Below, in pieces: positions 17,720 to 29,789 of a stretch of DNA of 64,000 nucleotides. Numbering within the stretch: the first letter of the stretch is position 1; every line of letters begins with the position of its first letter. This DNA is from a virus. The stretch is taken from the IMG/VR virus record IMGVR_UViG_3300032087_004407, positions 1 to 64,000 of that record. One strand, given 5' to 3'. The notes below the pieces were generated by a model. That model saw only the letters and a list, made by a program, of their open reading frames with translations, was not told where the DNA came from and did no database searches. A program made the translations under genes and the position numbers.

Positions 17720-18643
17720 ATGTTTGAAACACTTGTTGGACAAAATTTAGTCAAAAAGAAATTGCAATTCTACAAAGAATCGTATGATACATCCAAGAGG
17801 ATGCCGTTCTTGTTCTTTGTTGGTGCAAAAGGATTGGGCAAAACAGAATTTGCCAAGCAACTTGCAAAAGAAATCAAGAATACTGACGGTTCTCGTCGTC
17901 CCTTTTTGGAGATCAACTGCTCGACACTTAAAAGAGTTGATGATTTTTTTGAGCAAATCTTTTTGCCGCTTATCTACAACAACGAAGTAACAGTTTTGTT
18001 TGATGAAGCGCATGAACTACCCAAAGGTTTAACCAATGCGTTCTTGACTATATTCAATACAGATCAAGACCATATCAAAGACTTCAACTTAAATGACCAA
18101 GTTTTTACGTTCGATTTCACAAAGCAATCTTTCTTTTTTGCAACTACCGAAAGCGACAAAGTTTTTGCTCCACTAAAAGACAGATTGATTACAGTAGACT
18201 TTGAACCATATACCAAAAAGGAGTTGTCAGAGATTATTAAATTAAATTGTAAAGATGTTGATTTTTCAGATGATGCGCTATATGAGTTATCAAAGATCAC
18301 CAGAGGCAATGCGAGGGATGCAGTCAAACATTCTCGACAGCACGTTATACCTTATTGCAAGAAAAATCGCATTCAATACTTTGACAAAGCAGATTTTTTC
18401 AAGCTCAAAAATGAAGTCGGCATCAACGATTTAGGCTTGACAAATGCAGAAAAGCAAATTCTACAAATTCTTCAAAGCGTAGGTTCATGCACGTTGGGTA
18501 TGTTATCTGCCAAGACAGGATTAAGCAGAACAGCATTGCAACGCGACCATGAAATGTACTTGATTAGAAAGAGTCTTATAGACATAGATGGCAAGCGCAA
18601 AATTACAGAGGAAGGTTGCAGAATACTAGAGAAAATAGTGTAA
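17720..18643 (+). CDS. RuvB-like AAA+ Holliday junction helicase
   Basis: Walker A GAKGLGKT, Walker B LFDEAH, PLKDR, RGNAR, C-terminal winged helix; start moved to ATG 17720. Confidence 0.8.
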   Translation: MFETLVGQNLVKKKLQFYKESYDTSKRMPFLFFVGAKGLGKTEFAKQLAKEIKNTDGSRRPFLEINCSTLKRVDDFFEQIFLPLIYNNEVTVLFDEAHELPKGLTNAFLTIFNTDQDHIKDFNLNDQVFTFDFTKQSFFFATTESDKVFAPLKDRLITVDFEPYTKKELSEIIKLNCKDVDFSDDALYELSKITRGNARDAVKHSRQHVIPYCKKNRIQYFDKADFFKLKNEVGINDLGLTNAEKQILQILQSVGSCTLGMLSAKTGLSRTALQRDHEMYLIRKSLIDIDGKRKITEEGCRILEKIV

Positions 18644-18696
18644 ATTATAGTATAAAATTAAGCACAAAAAAAGTTTTTAAAAATTTAAAAAAACCC

Positions 18697-18732
18697 TTGA
18701 CACGCAAGTAAAAACATAGTATAATTATCCGC
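18697..18732 (+). promoter_or_regulatory. leaderless sigma70 promoter
   Basis: TTGACA-17-TATAAT with ATG exactly 36 nt from the first base of the -35 box. Confidence 0.8.
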
Positions 18733-20979
18733 ATGATTGCAGAACAAAAGACACATAGGTTGGTTCGTTCACACGACTTTGACGAAGCTCAATTCGGTAT
18801 CGACCAAGAGGACATTGGTTTCGTCATTGATCTATTGCGTAACCAAATTTATTCAAACAAGATACTCGCAGTAATACGAGAATATACAACAAATGCAGTT
18901 GACGCACATAACGATGTTGGTAAAGAAGGTACTCCGATTTCTGTCGGTTTGCCTACTCGCTTTAATCCACATTTTACTGTTCGTGATTTTGGCGATGGTC
19001 TTTCTCACGACGATGTTTGTAATATTTATGTTCGCTATTGTAAGTCTACTAAAAGACAAAGTAATGCGTTTACTGGACAACTAGGAATAGGTTGTAAAAG
19101 TGGATTTGCATACGGTGATTCTTTTACAGTAACTTCGTATCACAATGGCATCAAGTCTACTTATGTCGCTCAAATTGATGAGACTAGCCAAGGCAAGATT
19201 ATCAAGATGGATGAGTCAAAGTCCAAGGAACCAAGTGGCATCGAAATCAAGATTGCAGTAGCAGAAGATGACGTTCACACTTTCCAAAAAGAGGCTTTAG
19301 ATTTATTTAAATATTTTAAAATCAAGCCCAAGGTAACTGGCAACGATCAACCAATCAAAGATTTCAATAAAACTCTTGAAGGTGATGATTGGTACATAGT
19401 TGAATCAGAAAAGTCATACGGTTGGCAATATCGCTCAAACAGAGCAATCGCAATTATGGGCAACATTGGTTATCCAATCGACGCTAATGTTGTCAAAAAT
19501 TTAACAGAACATCAACAAAGTATATTACAGCATGGAGAACTCCATATACAGTTTGATATTGGCGACTTGTCTATTGCTCCTAGTCGAGAAGCATTGGAAT
19601 ACACTCGAAAAACCCAAGCGAAGATTAAGGAGAAGGCACAATCAGTCATCAAAGACTTACAGAAGGTTGCATCAGAAAAATTAAAAAACTCTGGTGATCT
19701 ATGGGAGGCAAAAAATAATTATGCAAAAATACACAATGCGTTTGATTATAGTTTGCGCGATATTCTCAAAGATTGTTTTGTATACAAAGGTGTAAAGGTT
19801 GAGGATTCAAGGTTTGAAGTTCCACACACGTTGAATAACTGGCACAACCCTCATGTCAAGATACGAAGGTATGAAATCAACGATACAAATGGTAAATTAA
19901 AACCAACTAAAGATAGACACATTTATTGTCAAGACAATACCTTGATAGTTGAATCAGATTCTCCAAGTAATTCTGGCTTGACTGCGAGAATGAGACACTT
20001 GTTCAATGAAGATTCTGATTTGAAGTACGTTTACTTTGTTGACATAGATACACAAAAAAATCGCAAGACTTTTCGCGATCACAATAATTGGCAACTCTTG
20101 GACAAAGACAGAGTAAAAAAGTTGTCGGATATTCCAAAAGCCAAAGTCAATAAAGCGTCAGGTACTACTCAAGGCGTAACGCGATCTCACATTGGAGCAT
20201 TTATATTCGACCATGTAAATAGTGCTACTGGCAGCAATTCTAGTGATTACTGGCAAGATGCAGACAACATAGACCCCAAAAAAGATTCTGGCATTTATGT
20301 TCCATTGTGGAGATATGATTTTACAGAAAAACCAGACAATACATCAGAAGTTGTTTTGTTTAATGCAGAAATCAAAAATGCTTTAGAGTTTATCAACAAA
20401 AATAGAAAGACTCCCGTAAAAGTTTATGGATTTAGATTTCGCGATGAGTCTAAACTCGACAAGTCAAAGTGGACAAGGTTTGATGAATATTTCAAGTCAT
20501 TTGTTCAAAAACACTTCAAAGGACAAAAAGGTAAAGACGCACTACAAGCGATCTCCAACATCTATGAGTTGGGCAAGTATGAAAATAAAATTGATGAAAT
20601 TGAAGGGACGAGCTTGGGTAGGCATCTCGCCAAAAAGTTAGATGAAAAACATAGAATCGTAAAGTTGCTTGACTTCAAAAATATCAGAAGTGAATTGCAA
20701 ACAAAGTATGATAAGTATTTATCGTTTTGGACTAACTTTCTCAAGACAGAAGATAAACAAAAAATCTTTGATGTTAAATTACCAAAGTCAGATTACAATA
20801 TCACGACATATCGCAAGAGAATTACCGACTTGTATCCAATGATTCCTCATGTAAGTAGTTACAGTTACGGTCACGATGAACAATTAGGCAAAGATGTAGT
20901 TAATTACATCAAAATGGTAGACGAGTACAATAAACAAAACAACATATTTTTACAAGCACAAAAGAAAAAAAGTGCTTGA
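18733..20979 (+). CDS. rIIA-like protein (GHKL ATPase N-terminus)
   Basis: IYSNKILAVIREYTTNAVDAH, VRDFGDGLS, STK and GQLGIGCKS motifs; followed by an rIIB-like gene. Confidence 0.8.
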   Translation: MIAEQKTHRLVRSHDFDEAQFGIDQEDIGFVIDLLRNQIYSNKILAVIREYTTNAVDAHNDVGKEGTPISVGLPTRFNPHFTVRDFGDGLSHDDVCNIYVRYCKSTKRQSNAFTGQLGIGCKSGFAYGDSFTVTSYHNGIKSTYVAQIDETSQGKIIKMDESKSKEPSGIEIKIAVAEDDVHTFQKEALDLFKYFKIKPKVTGNDQPIKDFNKTLEGDDWYIVESEKSYGWQYRSNRAIAIMGNIGYPIDANVVKNLTEHQQSILQHGELHIQFDIGDLSIAPSREALEYTRKTQAKIKEKAQSVIKDLQKVASEKLKNSGDLWEAKNNYAKIHNAFDYSLRDILKDCFVYKGVKVEDSRFEVPHTLNNWHNPHVKIRRYEINDTNGKLKPTKDRHIYCQDNTLIVESDSPSNSGLTARMRHLFNEDSDLKYVYFVDIDTQKNRKTFRDHNNWQLLDKDRVKKLSDIPKAKVNKASGTTQGVTRSHIGAFIFDHVNSATGSNSSDYWQDADNIDPKKDSGIYVPLWRYDFTEKPDNTSEVVLFNAEIKNALEFINKNRKTPVKVYGFRFRDESKLDKSKWTRFDEYFKSFVQKHFKGQKGKDALQAISNIYELGKYENKIDEIEGTSLGRHLAKKLDEKHRIVKLLDFKNIRSELQTKYDKYLSFWTNFLKTEDKQKIFDVKLPKSDYNITTYRKRITDLYPMIPHVSSYSYGHDEQLGKDVVNYIKMVDEYNKQNNIFLQAQKKKSA

Positions 20980-21011
20980 CTTGAACAACGAAAGATAGTA
21001 TAATACACGAC

Positions 21012-22058
21012 ATGAACAAAATACCGTACATATTGGGCGAAAATGCAGTAACGCTATTTGTAGATGGCAAGCCTGTCACGGTTCGCAACGACGATGCAAA
21101 CTACTACGAAGTACGCAAGTGCTTGTTGGACGGTCGATACGACGATGTAACAACGTATCTCGACCTTGAAAAGCAAGTAGAAGATTACACCGATGGAGAC
21201 ATTTCCATTAAAGACGGTGAAGTTTTCTTTGGAGAGGAAAAACTCAATGGAGTAGTAGTTGACAAACTACTTGAGTTGATGAAAAGTGGTTTGACTGATA
21301 AAAATCCTTTTATCAATTTTCTCAAGAACCTATTGAAGAATCCATCAAAAAATTCAGTAGATCAACTCTACACTTTTTTGTCGAAGCGCGATATGCCGAT
21401 TGATGAAGAAGGTTTGGTGATCGGCTACAAAGGTGTAGCGCAAAATTACAAGGACAAGTATAGTGGCAAGTTCGACAATAGTGTTGGGCAATCCCATGAA
21501 ATGCCTCGCAGAAATGTCGATGATAATTGTGAGAATCATTGTTCATACGGTTTTCATATTGGCTCATACGATTATGCAAACGATTGGGCAAGCGGAGACG
21601 GTCACTTGATGATTGTCAAGTTCAATCCAGAAGATGCTGTTAGCGTTCCTACTGACTGCGACTTTCAAAAGTTGAGAGTATGCAAGTATAGCGTAGTCGG
21701 TGAGATTACTGACAGAAAGCAACTCAAGCAACCTTTCTATGATTCGACAGGAGAGTTCTCTGATGAAGATTTTCTCGGTGATATTCACCTAGAAGATTAC
21801 GAAAATGATTCATTGGATAATGATTCATACGAAAGTGACGCAACTCGCTTGGCTATTCGCAACTATGTTGAGAACAAGCATGAGGACAATACAGAACCTA
21901 CTGTCAAGCAAATTCAATCACGCATGAAAGGCACAACCTTAACTTCACAAGAAATTGTGGACATTGTGGAAGAATTAGGCTTTGAGGTAGAATATAATAA
22001 AGAGGCACTATCTCGCTCAAGAGTAGTAATCGGTGAAGATATTTCAATTACAAACTAA
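21012..22058 (+). CDS. rIIB-like protein
   Basis: NPS..SVDQLY.FL, GYKGV, MPR..VDD...CSYGFHIG and P.DAVSVP.D...KLRVCKY motifs. Confidence 0.8.
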   Translation: MNKIPYILGENAVTLFVDGKPVTVRNDDANYYEVRKCLLDGRYDDVTTYLDLEKQVEDYTDGDISIKDGEVFFGEEKLNGVVVDKLLELMKSGLTDKNPFINFLKNLLKNPSKNSVDQLYTFLSKRDMPIDEEGLVIGYKGVAQNYKDKYSGKFDNSVGQSHEMPRRNVDDNCENHCSYGFHIGSYDYANDWASGDGHLMIVKFNPEDAVSVPTDCDFQKLRVCKYSVVGEITDRKQLKQPFYDSTGEFSDEDFLGDIHLEDYENDSLDNDSYESDATRLAIRNYVENKHEDNTEPTVKQIQSRMKGTTLTSQEIVDIVEELGFEVEYNKEALSRSRVVIGEDISITN

Positions 22059-22079
22059 AATTAATTATATAAAAATATT

Positions 22080-22346
22080 ATGACAACAACAGCAGAAGCA
22101 GAAAAGTTGAATCTTCAAAATTTTGAAGATGCTATTAGCAAGACAAATGATACCAATATTGATACGCTTTGGGCAATCCTAAAGTACAAAGAAATTGGAA
22201 TTTATCGCAAGGTAAAGTGTATGTCCGAGGTTTTGGGCGTTGACTTCGATCAACTCTCAGGAGAGTTACCTACTGATTCAAGTGGTAGGATTCTCGATCA
22301 AAAATCAAGGCATGGCATTCACGACATTCTTATCAAGTATTCGTAA
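22080..22346 (+). CDS. hypothetical protein
   Basis: 88-aa ORF. Confidence 0.6.
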   Translation: MTTTAEAEKLNLQNFEDAISKTNDTNIDTLWAILKYKEIGIYRKVKCMSEVLGVDFDQLSGELPTDSSGRILDQKSRHGIHDILIKYS

Positions 22347-22375
22347 TCGTTAGTTGATAGTTATGTAGACAAATC

Positions 22376-22397
22376 GGGGGAGGGTAAAACCTCCCCC
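22376..22397 (+). terminator. GC-rich hairpin (possible terminator or stability element)
   Basis: GGGGGAGG-GTAAAA-CCTCCCCC; no clear U-tract. Confidence 0.45.
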
Positions 22398-22414
22398 ACT
22401 TCCCCTAAAACAAA

Positions 22415-22633
22415 ATGAAAAATATTATTAGATATATTGTAAAGGATGCTAAAGGCGAGTACCAAAGCGCATATAGCACCAAGCTAGGAGTCAAGGATGC
22501 GTTCAAATACGCTACCCTTACAGCAAAGGATGTTTATGGAGTAATCTACTCAGTAGACAATAATGGTAACGAAGAACAAGTTACCAGTTACCCCAAACCA
22601 GAAAAGAAGAAAAAGCCACAAGCAAAAAAATAA
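22415..22633 (+). CDS. hypothetical protein
   Basis: 72-aa ORF. Confidence 0.55.
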   Translation: MKNIIRYIVKDAKGEYQSAYSTKLGVKDAFKYATLTAKDVYGVIYSVDNNGNEEQVTSYPKPEKKKKPQAKK

Positions 22634-22688
22634 ATAAATTTTAAAAAAAAGTTTGACTCGCAGACCGAAATTTGTTATAATTACTCCC

Positions 22689-23399
22689 ATGTTGAACGAG
22701 AATGAAACCTTGCAAATGAGTATGTTTAGTCCTTTGGGCTACGAAACACCAACCGCCGATTCTTTTGTCGCTTCGCTCGACAAAGATGAAGTAGCCAAGT
22801 ACACCGAGTATTGGCAAAGTATTCAACCAAAAAATCACGCCGATTATTTTCGTCGCTGGTTGTTTTCGCTTATGTCGGTACACACTACTTGGGAAAGCAA
22901 TGTGCGTGGATACAACTTCCTCAAAGACTTGTCATGGTTATTCGACAAGGATAAGTTGGCTAACAAGATTGTAGATGCTCGCGTTGGCTTGCACACAAAT
23001 CGCATCAAAGCAGTTTGGCAACTATTCGATCAGTTTCATTCAAACGTCGATGACTTTTATCGCAGAGAAGATGAGAGTTGGTCAGACTTCCGCGATAGGT
23101 TAGTTGAAAAAGTTTTTATGTTAGGTTATGCCAAGACTACTTTTCCTATTGGCATGAGCTTTCCGCTTGAGGCAGACATTGTTTGTCTTGACGTTCACTT
23201 TCTTCGACTACTCGGATGGAAGAAAAAGTCAGTTCCCTCCAAGCGCGACTATCACAAGATAGAAAAGTATTGGGTTGACCTTTGCCGCTCGCGTGACTTT
23301 GCTCCTAGCGTTGTTCGTGAAATGTATTGGGACAAAGTACAAGGAGAGGACAATTCACGCTATTGGAGTTATTGCCTCGAAAGCAATAATGATGAGTGA
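22689..23399 (+). CDS. Ogg-type N-glycosylase/AP lyase-like (HhH) protein
   Basis: RDRLVEKVFMLGYAKTTF and CLDVHFLR resemble the HhH and ILDRH motifs of archaeal-type Ogg; start moved to ATG 22689. Confidence 0.6.
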   Translation: MLNENETLQMSMFSPLGYETPTADSFVASLDKDEVAKYTEYWQSIQPKNHADYFRRWLFSLMSVHTTWESNVRGYNFLKDLSWLFDKDKLANKIVDARVGLHTNRIKAVWQLFDQFHSNVDDFYRREDESWSDFRDRLVEKVFMLGYAKTTFPIGMSFPLEADIVCLDVHFLRLLGWKKKSVPSKRDYHKIEKYWVDLCRSRDFAPSVVREMYWDKVQGEDNSRYWSYCLESNNDE

Positions 23400-23794
23400 A
23401 GTAATTACAGTTAATGGCGCGAAGTTAATTGTTTACGATTTAGATTCCACTTATGAAATTCATATTGTTAAATCAGCGATCAAAGATGAAATACAAGCGT
23501 TGTATATCATCAATTATTTAGCAGATGAAGGATTTTTACCAGAAGAAAAACCAGTAGGAATAAAACTCATACCAGAAAAGTGAAAGCATATTCAGTAATT
23601 GACATAAAAAAATCTATCAGTAACCCTCCAAGAGTTACTGAAAAATACAAAGGAACTATGATATACGATCATAAAACTGCTGGTACTCTACAAATTATGA
23701 GTCCAAATGAATATGATGGTTTCAAAAAAGTAACCAGTAGAAAAGGTCAGAGTTCAGTTTTAAGAAATGTTTTAGATGCAGGAGGTAGATTACA

Positions 23795-24046
23795 ATGACA
23801 ACAAAACAAAAATTAAATTTTATAGCAGAGCAATATCCAGAATCATTAACAGCCGATGGATTTGATGACGCGATAATCGGATTCGACGCAAGCGGAGGAA
23901 ATGTTATTTATGATTACACTAAATGCTTGAAAATCTTAATGGAAAGAGATAATATGGATTATACAGATGCTCACGAATATATGGAATTTAATGTTGTGAG
24001 TGCGTATGTAGGAGACTTAACACCTTATTTCATGCACAAGTTATGA
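23795..24046 (+). CDS. conserved phage hypothetical protein
   Basis: ADGFDDAIIG...YDY.KC...A.EY.EFNV..AYVG..TP pattern. Confidence 0.65.
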   Translation: MTTKQKLNFIAEQYPESLTADGFDDAIIGFDASGGNVIYDYTKCLKILMERDNMDYTDAHEYMEFNVVSAYVGDLTPYFMHKL

Positions 24047-24449
24047 AAATTAAAATACCGATTAATTATGATGAGATCAAAAAAGAAGAAGTTATTGTAT
24101 TAGCAAATTTACCAGAAGATAAATGCAAAGAAATTTTAGTCGAGTTCTTTGGTAAAATGAAATACAAACAAAGACGCAAATGGCTCAAAAATAACTTAAC
24201 AGAAATAGACGTTTACAGATTGGACAATCCCGATGAGTATAACGATGAGTAAAGAAAATTTAAAAAAATTTATTAAAAAGTACAAAGAAATTAGTGACTG
24301 CGAAATTGCTCCCAATGACTCAAAGATAGGGCATAAAAAGAAAAGCGAGAGAGAATGGCTAAAATACGATAAAGATATATCATGGAAACAAGGAGCAGAT
24401 GAATTGATGGCAGCATTACGAATAGACATAGATTATCTAAAAAAATACA

Positions 24450-24773
24450 ATGAACTTGACCAGTAAACAACAACAAATTTTTGATAAGATTAAATCGGTA
24501 GACGCTGATTGGGGCGAAAAAGATTTTATTAAATGTTGGAATGATATATTAGATTTAAATAAATTTGTTAGCGTTTCTCAAGGTAAGTTAGTTTTAGAAT
24601 TTGACGATGCTAGTTCTGTTCTTATAAAGTTTGTGCAAGATAATAAAGTATTACTTCAAGAGAGAATATATTGGAACGAAAAAATACCAGTTACATTAGA
24701 AGAAAAAAATAATGAAGTTAAACAAGCAGCACAATCAATTAAAATGCTCGCAGACTCAATTATTAATAGTTAA
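24450..24773 (+). CDS. hypothetical protein
   Basis: 107-aa ORF in a tightly packed run. Confidence 0.55.
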   Translation: MNLTSKQQQIFDKIKSVDADWGEKDFIKCWNDILDLNKFVSVSQGKLVLEFDDASSVLIKFVQDNKVLLQERIYWNEKIPVTLEEKNNEVKQAAQSIKMLADSIINS

Positions 24774-25047
24774 TTAAAATGTCTTGGGAAAGAGATTTCG
24801 AGGGAATACCATTACAAGAAAAGCATACAATTTACAGTTTTCTTTTTCGCATTAATGAAACAAACCACACTTACGAAACAATTTGCGATAAAGAGTTAAC
24901 AGCAAAAAGAAGATACGGCAGACATTTAAAAAAATTTGGTGATGCAAAGTTGGCAGAAATAATATCTTTCTGGAAATACGTTTGGGAGAATGGAAAATTA
25001 GTTGACGATAAAATAATATATCACTTTCGCGGTTTACACGAAGAACA

Positions 25048-25521
25048 ATGACTTTAAAATCTGCAAAAAAATTAGCAAAAGAAATGATGCGAAAACATAA
25101 AGTAGATCACGTTTTTGATTTTAGCTTTATGGATTCCAAAACTACATTTGGTATATGCTATGATTCACCAGATTATTTAATACAATTAAGTATTCCGTAT
25201 GTGCGATTAAATGGCAAGAAGGCAGTTCTCGACACGATACTGCATGAGATTGCCCATGCAAGGGATATTTTAAACAGAGGGTACACAAAGCACGATAAGG
25301 TTTGGAAAGAGCTTTGTAGGGACATTGGATGCTCAGAGAAGGCTACGTTTGACTCGCTTGAAGATAACGTGATTATGCCACTAGCACCGTATGTGGTGAT
25401 ATGTCAAAAATGTGGTTACTGCGAACCCAAGTACAGAAAACCGTCAAAGAAACCAAGCGTATGCCAAGGTTGCGGTTACAATAATGGACTTTATAAACTA
25501 ATCAAACAAAATGACAATTAA
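25048..25521 (+). CDS. SprT-like zinc metalloprotease
   Basis: TILHEIAHA, HDKVWK and a C-terminal CxxC..CxxC. Confidence 0.8.
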   Translation: MTLKSAKKLAKEMMRKHKVDHVFDFSFMDSKTTFGICYDSPDYLIQLSIPYVRLNGKKAVLDTILHEIAHARDILNRGYTKHDKVWKELCRDIGCSEKATFDSLEDNVIMPLAPYVVICQKCGYCEPKYRKPSKKPSVCQGCGYNNGLYKLIKQNDN

Positions 25522-25743
25522 CGAAGCAATCAATAAAGTACAAGATGTATGTATGTCTTACGCACTTGATTTAGAAAAAGAATCAAAAGAAGTAAAAGAC
25601 GAAGCTACTGCAAAAGCAATGGATGAAGAATCAAAACAATTAATTAAAGCCACAAGAAAATTAAGGGAATTTATTTCAAATTCTATTGATGATGGTAAAT
25701 AATTTGCTTGACTATTGATATGTGTTTTGCTATAATACTCCCC

Positions 25744-26148
25744 ATGAAAGACATTGATGTACGTTGGGTCGAAAACAGTAAGACCAAAAAGACTTCCCTC
25801 AAGACGATCTCAAGAGAAAAGTACAATGATTATCCAGAAGGGACTGCTACTGTTCAGCTTGAAAACATCAAATCAAAAAACTCAGATGCAAAAGTCTGGT
25901 TTATATTTGAAGGCAAAAATGATGTAGTTACCGAATGGGATTACCAAAAACAAGCAGGAGTATCTCGCGGTATCGTATGGAGAACAACCGTGCAAGTCGA
26001 TTTAGTTTACAAAGAAAACATTGACGATTACTATATGTATATCAACTTTCCGAATGGCAAGTACAATGCACCATTACTTAATGGCGAAGAATTTAGTTCA
26101 CTTTATCACACGGTTAACAAGATTAAAAATCAACTAAAGTTACTTTGA
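25744..26148 (+). CDS. hypothetical protein (leaderless promoter)
   Basis: TTGACT at 25708, TATAAT, ATG 36 nt downstream. Confidence 0.6.
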   Translation: MKDIDVRWVENSKTKKTSLKTISREKYNDYPEGTATVQLENIKSKNSDAKVWFIFEGKNDVVTEWDYQKQAGVSRGIVWRTTVQVDLVYKENIDDYYMYINFPNGKYNAPLLNGEEFSSLYHTVNKIKNQLKLL

Positions 26149-27732
26149 AAATATTTAATTATATAAAAGATGGCATCTGCGAACCAATAACAGCAGAAAC
26201 TCGCAAAGAAGCAAATGAATTGTTTATTGCTACATTTGATGTAAAAATAGACGAAGTTAAAACAGACAACGACAAAGATCAATACAAATTTGAGTTTTAT
26301 GAAACAGCAAAGTAATCGCGAAGATCATCCATACTTTCAAGAATTAAGAAATCCTTATCCTATGAAACAGCAAATTAACAATAAATGTGTTACATCTTCT
26401 ACGATCAATGTAGATGATTGGATTATTGAAGCTAAAAGCGCACATAACGATGGATATACTCAATTATATTACAAGACACTACTACGCGATTTAAAAGATC
26501 GACTTAACTCACTACAATTTTTAAACGAATACAATCATGGCGAAAAAAACGACAAGTAACAACAAGCAAGTTCTAAACGAGAAAAAACGCAACAAAGGAG
26601 TTCACGCAAAGAACAAAACTTCGTGGAACCCAAACAGCAAAAACTATAAAAAAGCATACAGAGGTCAAGGTCGATGAACAGATTAAGTGAATTAAACATT
26701 AGTATCCCTCTTGTAAAGCGAGAGTTTGATCGAACTATCAACAGTATTGCTTCGTGGAAAAACCAATACACAACCAAAATGGAAATTAATCTAACCAAAG
26801 ATTTAATGCGATTAACTGAAAAGTGGGAAAAGAAAGCTCAAAAAGAAGCAGGATGGTAAATTTTAAAAACATGAAAGACATTAGTAAAAACGTATATTGG
26901 GAAAGAAATATCAAAACGAGACGCAATCCTAATATTGCCAGCCAAGTTATTCCAAAAACTTCTACTGATAATTTTCCGCATGGTGCGGTAACAGTACGTT
27001 ATCAGCATATTACCTCAAGCAGACCAAGCGCGTCAGTATATTTTTATGGCAAATCTTATAACAATGGTTTGAGAAATTGGCCAAGTAGCAAATTGATTGT
27101 TTACATTTCTCCTGCGACAAATGGAGGTTATCACTACAATTATAATGGTCATTCAAAAAGCGATACGTTTTCTTTGCGTGACGTTACTAATTACTGCGAG
27201 TACATTCAATCAGAAATGGAGAATATGTAATGGCAGAAAAACCCAAAGTAAAACCTAAAGCTAAATCTAAACCAAGCAAAAGTAAATCTACTGCTGGCAA
27301 AGGCGACAATCCTAGAAATTGTTTTTCAGATGATTACAGAGATAATTACGACAGCATAGATTGGTCAAGTGCGAAAAATATTTAAATTTATTAAAAAATG
27401 GGATTTGATATGGGTAATGTTTCTTGCATTTATAAGTTTGATTTTAGCATCAATACTTATGCTCGCAGTAGCGCATTACATAATTAAACACATTTTTTAG
27501 TGTAATTATATGACCATGAAAACAGATGACTTGAAAGACAGAGTAGATGTAATACTCATGGAATTGCATGAATTAGAAAACAATGCTACAAGATTAAAGC
27601 AATATGCTGCTAAATTAACTAAAAGCATTTATGAAGTTAATAAAAAGTTGCATCAAATTCCAATTCCAAACACTATTGAAGAAGATGATAACTCCGAAAT
27701 GGAGATATTTGGCGAAGAATAAATAACAAATC

Positions 27733-27809
27733 GCGTAAGTCTTTGAATGCCAGAGACTTACGCTTTTTAAATTTCCAAAGTCGTAACTCTCTTATAATCA
27801 ATGAGTTAC
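27733..27809. promoter_or_regulatory. two imperfect palindromes, one with an IHF-like core
   Basis: GCGTAAGTCT..AGACTTACGC and GTAACTC..TAATCAATGAGTTAC (WATCAANNNNTTR). Confidence 0.45.
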
Positions 27810-28444
27810 AATCACCAAAAACACATTTAATGACATACAAAGAATTATTATATAAAATGGCTCAATTGGGTATGCTCACTTTGTCCAATGATAAAGATGG
27901 CAGAGGTTTGTTTTGGGTAGGTATGGACAACATGAATGCACTAGAAAAAGAGTTCGATTGGAAGGACTTTGAAAATATTCATGTAAAAGAAAAAGAATAC
28001 TATATAGATAAACAAGGCAGAAAAATGGAAAAACATACAAACTACGAATATGTTCAACCACTTTTCAGCGAAAAAAATCCTTGACATAGACCGTATATTG
28101 GTATATAATATTGCCCTCTTGAACATGGAAGAATCATTTGAAACACAATGCAGGTTTTGCGGCGAGTCTCTTAACATACCAGAGGACGAACACTTACTCG
28201 GAGAAGGTCATATTCACATTGAGTGTGAAATGGATTACGAGGAACTAACCAGTTATTCACCAACAGATTTGTGGTAATATGTATTTAAGCAGAACAACTT
28301 GCGATACAATAGAAAGAGAAATTGCTCGCGAAAAATACAAAGTTGTACGAGATTATAAAGTGAGTAGCTATTGGAATGACCCTGCACAACAATGGGACAA
28401 TCCAGAATTAAGAGCAGAAACGATTGCTAGATTAAACAAAAAAA

Positions 28445-28771
28445 ATGCACAATAAAGAAAATTGCTCTGTCTGCGACAAACCAATCAAAGGTAAATGGGA
28501 CAGTCAAATTCACCTAGCCTTGGAAACAGGAGAATTAAAGAAGGATAGTGCGTACAAGCACTTTATACGAGACAAGCACATAAAATGCTCTCCAAGCCGC
28601 GCACAACGCATTATACACCCTCAATTCCCAACCGTTGTAGATAACAGACCACAATTCGATATACGACGAGGTTTACGTTGCTGGACAAACGAGGACAGAG
28701 AAAAGTGGATAAAGACATATACAGAGGCATGGGTAAGATTACAAGAAAAGTATAACCCTAATTGGAAATGA
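28445..28771 (+). CDS. hypothetical zinc-binding protein
   Basis: CSVC...HIKC. Confidence 0.55.
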   Translation: MHNKENCSVCDKPIKGKWDSQIHLALETGELKKDSAYKHFIRDKHIKCSPSRAQRIIHPQFPTVVDNRPQFDIRRGLRCWTNEDREKWIKTYTEAWVRLQEKYNPNWK

Positions 28772-29037
28772 AAAACATATTAATTATATTATTAGTATTC
28801 GCGGCTACAATAAGCGCACAACAATTCAAAGTAACATTTTTACCAGATGGCAAGGTTATGATTGCACCAGACTTGCCAGATAACCACAATGGCACTTTTA
28901 CATACTTTGTTTTAAACAAAGAGACACAAAGCGTAGAGAATATGTTTTACAATCATACAGAAGCAATAATGTATAATCAAAAAGTTAATGGTAATATACT
29001 TGTAACACCAAACATTTATTAAAATTTTAAAAAAACT

Positions 29038-29247
29038 ATGGCACATTTCATTAAATTACATACGGCAGGACAAAACCAAGAGATATTGTTTAACCTTGAT
29101 ACAGTTGTAAGTATTGAACCATACGGCGAACATTCTACGATTATGACTCGCTGGAGTCACCAAAATGTAAAGGAAAGTTTGGACGAAATACAAAAACTAG
29201 CACAAGGACAAGGACAAACAGTTGCTAAATTCAATGATATTGGATAA
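29038..29247 (+). CDS. FlbD-like small protein
   Basis: FIKLH...FNLD.V.SIE...VKESLDEI pattern. Confidence 0.5.
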   Translation: MAHFIKLHTAGQNQEILFNLDTVVSIEPYGEHSTIMTRWSHQNVKESLDEIQKLAQGQGQTVAKFNDIG

Positions 29248-29789
29248 TTAGTAATTAGTAATTACAAAATATCTTTTTTGTTATTAGAAATTATTATTGT
29301 TGTTTTACTATGGTTTATCTTATTAATATACATAAATACATATAGAGAGAATACATACAAAGAATAGAATACATAATAAATACAATAATAAAATGAATAT
29401 TAATAATAATATTAAAATAATAAATAAAATAGTGAAAAAGGTGCGCGACTTAAATATATTTAAATATACCGTTAGTTCCCGTATTCTACCATAATCTACC
29501 CAACAAGTCAATAAAATAATTAAATGATAATTAATTTCAATATTTTTAAAGTTTTACAAATTTGTTTTTATTTCGGTTTATTTGTCTTTATGTATTATCT
29601 ATTAGACAATAATCCACTAAATAATATATTCTTTTATTTAATGGTATTATGTATGATAGGTATTGATTATACTAGCTATTACAATGGAGTAATAACAGGA
29701 AGCAATAAAGCAATAATTAAATTCATGGAACAAATAAATAAAAGAGAAAATAAATTAAAAGAATTAGAAAGCCGCGAAGTTAATTGAAA

